Source: Ferruginibacter sp. | Lineage (GTDB): Bacteria; Bacteroidota; Bacteroidia; Chitinophagales; Chitinophagaceae | NCBI GenBank assembly: GCA_031411955.1 | Contig: JANOCC010000038.1 | Span: forward strand, 21,370-85,369 | Reading direction: 5' to 3' | Length of the DNA: 64,000 nucleotides | Shown: positions 29,450 through 37,954 of the stretch, one piece after another | Layout of the letters: each line of letters begins with the position of its first letter | Position numbering within the stretch: the stretch's first letter is position 1 | The notes under the pieces: model-generated | Databases searched by the model: none | What the model was told of the DNA's origin: nothing | The model's input: only the letters and a program-made list of their open reading frames with translations | Made by a program: the position numbers and the translations under genes

Positions 29450-30568
29450 CTACTGCCTGGCTGTTTCTCTGTAGAGTGTTTCCAGTTGCGACACCATTAC
29501 GGTAAGGCTAAAAGATTCTTCTACGCGGCGCCTTGCTCTTTTTCCAAAAACTTTTATCTCTTCAGGATTTGATAACAAATAAGACAATGGCTTTTCCAGA
29601 GATCTCCATTCATTTACCGGCACCATAAAACCATCTACTTCATTGCGGATCACTTCTTTTATTCCGCCGGCGTTAGTGCAAACAACGGCGCATTCCATAC
29701 TCATAGCTTCCAGCAGGGCAACCGGCAGGCCTTCAAACTCTGATGTCATCATAAAAATATCCATAGCCGATAACCAGGGAAGCACATCGGTTTTTAGACC
29801 CGGCATCAGGATAATATCTTCCATTTCCTGTTCCTTGAGGTAAGCCCTCACTTCATCATTTAAAATGCCTGCACCTACAACGCATCCTCTGATGGAAGGG
29901 AATTGCTGTTGCATGATCTTTATCATATCTATCCACTCTTTCAAACGCTTTTGAAAACGAAAAACAGCGATATTGCCCAGCACGATACAATCCGGGCTTA
30001 ACCCATATTCTTTCCTGATGGCTGCACCGGCTGCCGGGTTCCTTACAAAGTGCTCCATGTTAACCCCATTGAGTATGGTTTGAACAGGTATTTTTGGGTG
30101 TATAAATTTTTCAATTGACTCAGCCACGTCGTTGGAAACAGCAATCACTTTAGTTTGTTTGTTAAACGTAATCCTGTTAATTGTTTTGGTGATCCAGTGA
30201 TATCGTTCCTGTTTATTGTGTTCCGAATAAATAACGGGAATGCCTGTACGCATATGTATGAACCTTCCTACAAAACCTGCCCATGGCAAATGGCAGTGTA
30301 ATAATTGTATCTTGTGTTTACGGATATAGTCTATGATCTTTCCAGTTTGCATGGCAATCTTTACATTATTGGCCGCTGATAAATTTAACACAGTTCCACC
30401 GGCATCCTGCAGGCCTTGTACCATCTGGTCTTTCCAGGGAAGAAAATATATGAAGTGAAATTCAAACTGGTCTTTATCATGCAACTTGAGGGTTTCCTGC
30501 AAAAGCATTTCTGCACCGCCCCGGCCCAATGATTTTATGAGGTGTAATATTTTTATTTTATCGGCCAC
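29450..30568 (-). CDS. Glycosyltransferase family 4
   Basis: N-terminal LGRGGAE and C-terminal TSEFEGLPVALLEAMSM. Confidence 0.8.
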   Translation of the reverse strand: MADKIKILHLIKSLGRGGAEMLLQETLKLHDKDQFEFHFIYFLPWKDQMVQGLQDAGGTVLNLSAANNVKIAMQTGKIIDYIRKHKIQLLHCHLPWAGFVGRFIHMRTGIPVIYSEHNKQERYHWITKTINRITFNKQTKVIAVSNDVAESIEKFIHPKIPVQTILNGVNMEHFVRNPAAGAAIRKEYGLSPDCIVLGNIAVFRFQKRLKEWIDMIKIMQQQFPSIRGCVVGAGILNDEVRAYLKEQEMEDIILMPGLKTDVLPWLSAMDIFMMTSEFEGLPVALLEAMSMECAVVCTNAGGIKEVIRNEVDGFMVPVNEWRSLEKPLSYLLSNPEEIKVFGKRARRRVEESFSLTVMVSQLETLYRETARQ

Positions 30569-31613
30569 TTTGTTGCTTTTCTTTTAATATATCTGCGTAT
30601 AATATTTCAAACTGTTTAAGGCATTGCTGAAGGCTGTAACGGTCTTCAACAAACTTTCTGGCATTTTCGCCCAATGTTTTTCTAAGGGCATTATTTTCCA
30701 TCAGTGAAATTACCGCCTTGCTAAAGGCAATAGCATCATGTTGCGGCAAAAGTATGCCTGTTTCATTATTCACCACTACTTCTCCAACCCCGCCTGCAAT
30801 TACTGCCACTGCTGGAAGTGATTGCATACCTGCTTCTAATACAACACCGGGAACACCTTCGATGGTGCTTCCCAGAATAAAAAGGTCGCTTCCGGCTAAA
30901 AGTTCCTGTACATTTTCACGGTAACCGGCAAAGAATATATTACCGGTTAAATTTCTATTTGCCACCAACTTCCTGATCTCATTGAATTTTTTGCCTTCTC
31001 CAACAAACAATAACCTGGTATTATTATTATGTGCAAGTATTTTCTCAAAACTATCAACCAGGAAAGCATGATTTTTTTCCGGAGAAAACTGCCCAATGTG
31101 GATCAGTATAAAATCAGTTGAAGGGAAACCGAATTCATCTGTTATCTTTTTTCGTGCATCTTCTGCATTAAAACGATACTGCGGAATACCGCGGCGGATA
31201 AGTTTTGTGTTTACTAACGGAAACCCATAGGTTTTCACCAGGTCTTCCATGGATTGCTGACCCACGGATGTAACCCTGTCTACTCTTTTAAACAACCATG
31301 CATTCAGCTTTCTTTTAATGGAGGCCTGCTTTGTCCAGGCGCTTACCATACTAATATTCCTGTAAACAATATTTAACCTGGGAAAAAATACTTTTGCAAA
31401 TACGGCATACTTAAGTGTATCAGAGCCGTTGGCCTGTATAATATCCGGCTTTGAAGTTTTAATAAGCTTTATCAGCCGTTGCAGCAGGCCAAGGTCGAAA
31501 GCCGTTTTTTTTCCGGCGAGGTCTATATTTTCCGCTCCCCGGGCAGAAATAATATTTTCTTTGGTTGCGTATAATCCTGCAAAGATCACTTCATGCCCAT
31601 TTTCTGCGAGCAT
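30558..31613 (-). CDS. Glycosyltransferase family 4. Coordinates run from the first ATG; the conserved N-terminus continues upstream to about nt 31688 with no canonical start codon.
   Basis: C-terminal GSTIEGVPGVVLEAGM. The in-frame upstream translation NIIRILQLVTERQFRGAQVFAAELST precedes the annotated Met. Confidence 0.75.
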   Translation of the reverse strand: MLAENGHEVIFAGLYATKENIISARGAENIDLAGKKTAFDLGLLQRLIKLIKTSKPDIIQANGSDTLKYAVFAKVFFPRLNIVYRNISMVSAWTKQASIKRKLNAWLFKRVDRVTSVGQQSMEDLVKTYGFPLVNTKLIRRGIPQYRFNAEDARKKITDEFGFPSTDFILIHIGQFSPEKNHAFLVDSFEKILAHNNNTRLLFVGEGKKFNEIRKLVANRNLTGNIFFAGYRENVQELLAGSDLFILGSTIEGVPGVVLEAGMQSLPAVAVIAGGVGEVVVNNETGILLPQHDAIAFSKAVISLMENNALRKTLGENARKFVEDRYSLQQCLKQFEILYADILKEKQQSGR

Positions 31614-31814
31614 TGTACTTAGCTCTGCGGCAAAAACCTGTGCACCTCTAAACTGGCGCTCTGTTACTAACTGAAGTATCCTGATAATGTTTGTTTTAAA
31701 TTATTATGAATTTTGCCTCACCCCCAGTACTCTCTCAAAAGGAAAGGTGGTTTAGAAACTTAGAATATAATCGATCCATATTTTGCGTATATTTTTTAGG
31801 CTGAGAATATTTTT

Positions 31815-31921
31815 TTAACCACAGCGGTAAGAAAGAGTTGAGGATAAAGTTTCACAGAGTTTATAATAAGATCTGAACACTCTGTGAAACTCAATAAACT
31901 CCTTTAACTCTCTGTGGTTAA
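31815..31921. repeat. ~107-bp nested imperfect palindrome with a perfect 12-bp inner stem and 10-bp outer arms
   Basis: The inner arms gtttcacagagt (31849-31860) and actctgtgaaac (31879-31890) enclose an 18-nt loop. The outer arms are ttaaccacag (31815-31824) and ctgtggttaa (31912-31921). Confidence 0.85.
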
Positions 31922-31939
31922 TTTAATATCAAAAATCCT

Positions 31940-32905
31940 TTACTGTTTAATCAGCCATTCCCTGAATTTGATCACACCTGTTTTGAAATCAGTTTTGGGC
32001 ATGTATCCAAGTAACTGTTGTGCTTTGGATATATCGGCATAGGTTATGGGTACATCACCCATTTGTTCGGGAAGTTTATTTATGACTGCTTTCTTTTGAA
32101 ATACATCTTCCAGCGTTGCTATCATTTCACTTAGCGAGACAGTTTGGTGGTTACCGAGGTTGAAAATTTCGTAAGCACTGCGGGTATAATTGATCGCACT
32201 ATAAATACCTTCTACGGTATCTGCAACAAATGTATAGTCTCTCCGGGTAGTGCCATCACCAAAAAAATTGATCGGTTCACCGCTCATTATTTTTTTACTA
32301 AAAAGATGAATGGCAAGATCGGGCCGTTGGCGTGGTCCGAAAACGGTAAAAAACCTCAGCCCAACAAACCGGATGCCGTACAGGTGGCTGTACACATGGC
32401 CAAGCAATTCTCCGGATATTTTTGTACTCGCGTATGGGCTGATCGGGTTGAGATTGGTATCTGTTTCCTTCCAGGGGAAATTCTTATTGATACCATACAC
32501 GCTGCTGGACGAAGCAAATACAAACTGCTTTATATTTTTATTGCGTGCAAACTCCAGCAGGTTCTGAGTACCCCTCACGTTCACTTCCTGGTAGGCGATC
32601 GGATTTTCAATTGATGGCCTTACACCTGCTTTCGCCGCCAGGTGTACGATGGCTTCATAATTACCGGTAAGGTTACTATTAAGCGAAACATCATCCAGGA
32701 TATCCATTTCAATAAACGTAAAATAAGGATTGTCTTTAAAAGAACTAAGGTTACTAATTTTTACCTGTTTATCGTAAAAAGGATCAAAGTTATCAATGAC
32801 GGTAACAGCATAATTATTGTCCAGTAATTTTTCAACAAGCGAGCTACCGATAAATCCTGCTCCGCCGGTTACAATGATTTGTTTTTTTTCCATATCCAGG
32901 TTCAT
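31940..32905 (-). CDS. NAD-dependent nucleotide-sugar epimerase (extended SDR; UDP-glucuronate/UDP-glucose 4-epimerase-like)
   Basis: GGAGFIGS and the catalytic YASTK, in a 321-aa protein. Confidence 0.8.
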   Translation of the reverse strand: MNLDMEKKQIIVTGGAGFIGSSLVEKLLDNNYAVTVIDNFDPFYDKQVKISNLSSFKDNPYFTFIEMDILDDVSLNSNLTGNYEAIVHLAAKAGVRPSIENPIAYQEVNVRGTQNLLEFARNKNIKQFVFASSSSVYGINKNFPWKETDTNLNPISPYASTKISGELLGHVYSHLYGIRFVGLRFFTVFGPRQRPDLAIHLFSKKIMSGEPINFFGDGTTRRDYTFVADTVEGIYSAINYTRSAYEIFNLGNHQTVSLSEMIATLEDVFQKKAVINKLPEQMGDVPITYADISKAQQLLGYMPKTDFKTGVIKFREWLIKQ

Positions 32906-32979
32906 GCCAGGCCAGGCCTGTTTATTTTTTAATCATCTGTTTGTACAGATCACATTTCTTGCCTTTAATAAAAAAGTCT

Positions 32980-34119
32980 CTATATCAATGTTGATTTTTC
33001 AACTTTCCCGTTTGCAACTTCTTTTAAAAATGATTCATATTGAGCAGCGATCTGCCTTATATCAAATCTTGCAGCAGCCTCTTGCCGTGCTCGTTTTCCC
33101 ATTTCTATCATCTGCTGATACTGTTCAATTACCTGCACCATGTTAGCTGCCAACTGCCTGATATCCTTTACAGGGTATATAAGAGCAGTTTTGTTATTTA
33201 CAGCTTCCATATTCATAGGTATATCCGAAGCAATAATTGGTATTCCTACCGCCATCGCCTCTACCAGTGAACCGCTAAAGCCTTCGTACCAGGATGGAAA
33301 AACAAAACAATCTGCTTCATATAAACGCTTCCAGCCGTTGGGTACTTTTCCCCCTAAGCTAACGGTATCCTGTAGTTGCAACTGAGTGATGATGGATTCA
33401 ATCCTCTTTCTAAACAATCCTTCTCCAAAAATATCCAGCCTTATATGGGGATACTTTTCCTTTACTATCTTAACTGCTTCCAGTAATTCTGCCAATCCTT
33501 TTCGCTCCAGAAGGCGGCCTACAAAAATAAATTTGAAAACGGATCTATCAACAGAAGGCTGGAATGGAGGAAATACAGCTGTTTCTCTGCCACGATAAAT
33601 TACTTTTGTTTTTCCTTTGCTTATACCAAGTGCTTTAATATTGCTTTGGGCAATGGAGATGGCATTGGATATCCAGTATTTTGGTATCCATGATGTGTAC
33701 TTGTCCAGCAACCAGAAAATCCGAAACCCTGCATATTGCTTCTTCCTTTTCATTTCCTGGATGCGAAGGGCTCCATAACTATCGTTAACGAATGTTCCGA
33801 TTATGGGAGTGCCGGTAATGATACCGGCAAATCTGGAATAGAAGTTTGCCCGCATGATGGAAGAAACCACCAGATCAGGCTTTTCAGCTTTAATTAACCG
33901 GATCAAACTGCGTGTACCTTTTATAAATTCCCTTTTTCCACTAAGCCCTACATAATGCAAGGGAATACCTGCTTTTTCATAATCGGCTTTCAGATCAAAC
34001 CCGGGGAAAAAGTGTATCACTTTTACTTCGATATCTTTTGAAAAATGGCACAAGATATCCAAGGTGCTTTTTTCAGTGCCGGCATTTGCTAAACTATCCA
34101 GTGTAAAAAAGACCTTCAT
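32980..34119 (-). CDS. Glycosyltransferase family 4
   Basis: FPSWYEGFSGSLVEAMAVG, with GT-B length. Confidence 0.8.
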   Translation of the reverse strand: MKVFFTLDSLANAGTEKSTLDILCHFSKDIEVKVIHFFPGFDLKADYEKAGIPLHYVGLSGKREFIKGTRSLIRLIKAEKPDLVVSSIMRANFYSRFAGIITGTPIIGTFVNDSYGALRIQEMKRKKQYAGFRIFWLLDKYTSWIPKYWISNAISIAQSNIKALGISKGKTKVIYRGRETAVFPPFQPSVDRSVFKFIFVGRLLERKGLAELLEAVKIVKEKYPHIRLDIFGEGLFRKRIESIITQLQLQDTVSLGGKVPNGWKRLYEADCFVFPSWYEGFSGSLVEAMAVGIPIIASDIPMNMEAVNNKTALIYPVKDIRQLAANMVQVIEQYQQMIEMGKRARQEAAARFDIRQIAAQYESFLKEVANGKVEKSTLI

Positions 34120-34167
34120 GTATGTTGTTTTTGCTGCCGGATTTTTTTTAGAAAAATGCTTCGGACA

Positions 34168-34755
34168 TTATTTGCCGTTATAACAATTAGTGATATACCC
34201 TTCTGTGGCATCGTGCCTGGAAATTATTTTTGCCGGATTGCCTATAACCACAGAATCTGATGGTACGTCTGTATTAACGTAAGTATTGGGCGCAATAAGC
34301 ACATTGTTACCAATGGTAATTTTTCCAACTATCACCACCCCCGGGCCCAGCCACACACTGTCGCCAATAGTTGGTGATCCCTGCATCTTACCTCTTTTTG
34401 TTTCCCCGATAGTAATATTGTGAGAAAAATAGCTGTTAGCCCCAATCCTGGTTTTACTGTTGATGAGTAGCGGGCCAAAATGACTGATCCTCATACCCCC
34501 TGCAATATTAGTAATCCTTGGTATCTGGTAACCATATTTGAAAGTGAGCTTTTTATACATCATCCGCGAATACATTCCCAGCGGCGAGTACTTACTGAGA
34601 AGCCAGCTTAATCGGAAAAAAAGCGTGAAATGGAAACCGGTATTCCTGAATGATTTCACAAATGCTTTATAACTAAGGTCGCCTTCGTACCTGTAAAAAT
34701 CTGCTTTAAGCAGTTCATTGGAAAGTACCTTGTTGTATAAAATTCTCTTTATCAT
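34168..34755 (-). CDS. Hexapeptide-repeat O-acetyltransferase (serine acetyltransferase/WcaB-like)
   Basis: A helical N-terminal domain is followed by hexapeptide repeats, IGDSVWLGPGVVIVGKITIGNNVLIAPN. Confidence 0.75.
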   Translation of the reverse strand: MIKRILYNKVLSNELLKADFYRYEGDLSYKAFVKSFRNTGFHFTLFFRLSWLLSKYSPLGMYSRMMYKKLTFKYGYQIPRITNIAGGMRISHFGPLLINSKTRIGANSYFSHNITIGETKRGKMQGSPTIGDSVWLGPGVVIVGKITIGNNVLIAPNTYVNTDVPSDSVVIGNPAKIISRHDATEGYITNCYNGK

Positions 34756-35996
34756 TAGTTATTATTGATCCAGGCAACATTGTTCTTTACATCCGCCTTG
34801 TGTTTAACAAGTACGTTATTAAAATAATGCCGGAAGTCAATTTTCTTTTCTTCTATCTTTTCAATTGAATCCAGCACAGAATTAACCCAACCGGCTTCAT
34901 TTACATTAACGGATGGCAACGGATACTCAAATTGATCAAACAACTCTTTAGTTTTCCATACAAGGCCTTCGATGGCAATAACCGGTACATTTACGGCAAG
35001 CGCCATTACATTAGCGTGCAGCCTTGCGCCAATAACATAATCAAAAGCGGCAATTTTTTCTGCAAACTCAACGTAACCAGTAGATTCTTCGAGTACATTA
35101 ATATTATAATCTGATTTAAATTTTTCAATTATCGGAATATCTCCCACCGGCTCGTTGGTAACAAATACCAAATCCTTATTATAACTTCTCACTTTATTGA
35201 TGATGGTTTCTACGTCTTTCCATTCAAATTTAATAAAAGGTGTAAAGTTGATGGCAACCATTCCGTTCTTTTTTACATCGCTCAGGTCGCCAGTAGTTTT
35301 AATGGCTGTATCTGGCGCAATAAACACCTTGCGTTCATCCACTCCGAATGAAACAATTGTTGCTTTTGAAATAGCGCCACGTACTACAATATGATTCATA
35401 TTGCCATACACCAGGTTTACGATCTTCTTAAACGCTTCGTTCTTTACCACCACCGACTGGTTTACAGCACCGGTTTTTTTACCCAGCTTTTGTGCAATGC
35501 GTAACTCCAGCATTTGACGAAGGAAAACGTGGTTATCACTTGCTTCGCCTGCACCGCTGTAAATAAAATAATCTGATGCGTTAATTGCATTCAGTCTTTT
35601 TACATATTGCTTATTGAACAGAAAAAATTTATTAAGCATCCGCTTAAAGGGGCGAAGGAAAATCTTCACATTTTCAAACTTCAGGGAATTAACTTCAGTG
35701 AGCTTAAAATTATTCACTTTTGGAGAAAAAGCGTTGCTTGCGGAAGCCATTGGTTTATACTTCTTAACTACGGCATCTGCCCAGGATTCAAATAGTTTTA
35801 CCGGATCGGGGCTGGTTTTTAAAGCATCTATACTATACCCGAATAATCCAAGTGGCCGACCTCCAACATATAGATTTTCTTTGCCAATATTTTCTTCAAA
35901 AAGTTTTATCAGTTCCATCGACAATGCCTGATTCCCCAGATTTGTTGTTTTCAACTTAGTAACCAAAAAAACCTTCTTCATAAATAATTTTTGCAA
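34755..35996 (-). CDS. Polysaccharide pyruvyl transferase-family protein
   Basis: N-terminal TTNLGNQAL (the NxGD/N motif of PS_pyruv_trans), a late ARLHA motif and a 413-aa length. The stop/start overlaps the next gene by 1 nt. Confidence 0.6.
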   Translation of the reverse strand: MQKLFMKKVFLVTKLKTTNLGNQALSMELIKLFEENIGKENLYVGGRPLGLFGYSIDALKTSPDPVKLFESWADAVVKKYKPMASASNAFSPKVNNFKLTEVNSLKFENVKIFLRPFKRMLNKFFLFNKQYVKRLNAINASDYFIYSGAGEASDNHVFLRQMLELRIAQKLGKKTGAVNQSVVVKNEAFKKIVNLVYGNMNHIVVRGAISKATIVSFGVDERKVFIAPDTAIKTTGDLSDVKKNGMVAINFTPFIKFEWKDVETIINKVRSYNKDLVFVTNEPVGDIPIIEKFKSDYNINVLEESTGYVEFAEKIAAFDYVIGARLHANVMALAVNVPVIAIEGLVWKTKELFDQFEYPLPSVNVNEAGWVNSVLDSIEKIEEKKIDFRHYFNNVLVKHKADVKNNVAWINNN

Positions 35997-36086
35997 AGAT
36001 AATCTTTAAAATAATTTCAGATTATCGTAGTGAACAATTTGAAAAAACAGGTGATCGATGAAACTCTAATTAACCAGCTTCAACTA

Positions 36087-37886
36087 TCAAAATCCCTGCA
36101 ATTCCACCATTTTTTTAAAGGAAGCAGAGTGCCTGATCAATTCATCAAAAGTGCCTGCTATTTCTATTTCCCCTTTATTTAGTAATACGATGCGGTCTAC
36201 ATTTTTTATAGTACTCAACCGGTGTGCAATAATAAGAATGGTATATTTTCCTCTTAACCTTTCAATATGATCCTGGATCGCTCTCTCTGTTTCAGAATCC
36301 AATGCAGAGGTTGCTTCATCCATAAAAAGGAAATCTACTTCCTTGTATAATTCACGCGCTATAGAGAGGCGTTGTTTTTGGCCGCCGCTGATATTGATGC
36401 CGTTGCTGCCCAGTAAAGCTTCTTCCTGCAAGGGCTGTTCCATTACAAAATCATAGATAGATGCTTTTTTTAAAGCCTCTGTTAGCCTCTCTTTATTTTG
36501 CGCAGTTGGTTCATCCCAAAAGGTTACATTATTAAAGATAGTATCATTAAAAATTACGGGTTCCTGTGTAATATAGCCAATGCGTTTCTGAAAAGTTTCC
36601 CTTTTCATTTCTGCCAGGTTCACATCGTCTATCAGCACTGTACCCTTCCCTGGTTTTATCAACCCGGATATAACATTTATCAAAGTTGTTTTACCCGATC
36701 CGCTTTCTCCAACGATAGCGATGGTTTCATTACGCGAAATTTTCAGGTTGATGTTCTTCAGTATCTTTACATCCTCGTAAAAGAAGGAAAGATCTTTCAT
36801 AACAATGTCATTTTTAAACTCACCAAAAACAAGTTTGCCATTTTTTTCCCTACCGGCCTTCAACTCTTTATTGAATGCGGTCATATTATTAAGGGAACCA
36901 GACATGGTTAAAAACAGGTTCCAGTAATTTTGCATGCTCATCAATGAAACCAGGCCACGATAAAACAACAGTAGGCTTAATACGATCATCCCTACACTTT
37001 CAGAAAAATAATTCACCTGGATAACAATTACCAGCACTACTACCAGGATGATCAAAGGTTCTCTCACAGAGGCAAGTGCTGCGCTAATCACACCGGTTTT
37101 GCGTTGAGATTCCAGGATCCTGTTATTTGTGCCTATCAGTTTATCGGCATAACGATAAATTAACCCCGTAGCTTTAAGGTATTTAAAAAAAGTAACTTTT
37201 TGTATTAGCAACCCCTGGAAAGAATGGCCTTCTGTAGTTATTTTTTTTGAAAGGGTTTTGGTTGTTTTCTGAAGCTTCCTGAAAATGATATTGGTAAGTG
37301 CACCACCTATAACAACAAGCACCGCAAATTTTGGATTGGCAAAGAATGCCATAAAAATATAGACTGCCACAAACACTCCATATTGTATGGAAATAAAATA
37401 ATACCGGTTGGCCTGCTTAACTTTTTCTACTTCGCCGCTAAATGTATTTTGAATACGGCCGGTATCAGCATTTACAAATGCATGGTAGCCAAAATCCGAT
37501 AAGCCTTTTATATTACCTTCCCTTATTGCCCTGATGAACTTTTGTTCAAACACCACCCTGCAATAACCCTCGATGAATTTCAACAACCCTTTTAAGCTAA
37601 AGAAAACAACAATCACCGTGAGCACAACGCCGAGGGTGAGTGAAATGCCAAAATGGTTGAAAGCTTTTACGAGGAAAGACATGTTTCCCATACTTTCTGC
37701 ATTGGTGGTTGCATTCTTTCCATCTACCATTTGCAGCAAGGGAATAAACATCGCCAAGCCCAGGCCATCCATTAACCCAACAAAAAAACTAAGGGTTAAA
37801 CTGATGAATATCCTGTACCCCAGGTGGGAATAGAAGTAATAAAAGTATTGGAAATACTTTTTAAGTAGGTCTTTTAGTGTTTTCAA
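36087..37886 (-). CDS. ABC half-transporter (fused TMD-NBD, MsbA/PglK-like), a candidate lipid-linked glycan flippase/exporter
   Basis: A six-TM domain, Walker A GESGSGKTT, signature ISGGQKQRL and Walker B FLFMDEATS. Confidence 0.8.
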   Translation of the reverse strand: MKTLKDLLKKYFQYFYYFYSHLGYRIFISLTLSFFVGLMDGLGLAMFIPLLQMVDGKNATTNAESMGNMSFLVKAFNHFGISLTLGVVLTVIVVFFSLKGLLKFIEGYCRVVFEQKFIRAIREGNIKGLSDFGYHAFVNADTGRIQNTFSGEVEKVKQANRYYFISIQYGVFVAVYIFMAFFANPKFAVLVVIGGALTNIIFRKLQKTTKTLSKKITTEGHSFQGLLIQKVTFFKYLKATGLIYRYADKLIGTNNRILESQRKTGVISAALASVREPLIILVVVLVIVIQVNYFSESVGMIVLSLLLFYRGLVSLMSMQNYWNLFLTMSGSLNNMTAFNKELKAGREKNGKLVFGEFKNDIVMKDLSFFYEDVKILKNINLKISRNETIAIVGESGSGKTTLINVISGLIKPGKGTVLIDDVNLAEMKRETFQKRIGYITQEPVIFNDTIFNNVTFWDEPTAQNKERLTEALKKASIYDFVMEQPLQEEALLGSNGINISGGQKQRLSIARELYKEVDFLFMDEATSALDSETERAIQDHIERLRGKYTILIIAHRLSTIKNVDRIVLLNKGEIEIAGTFDELIRHSASFKKMVELQGF

Positions 37887-37954
37887 TTTTTTGTGTATCT
37901 GCCTGGAGCTTCCGTATTTATAAAAAAACGGGCACCAGTAATTTTATCTTGTGC

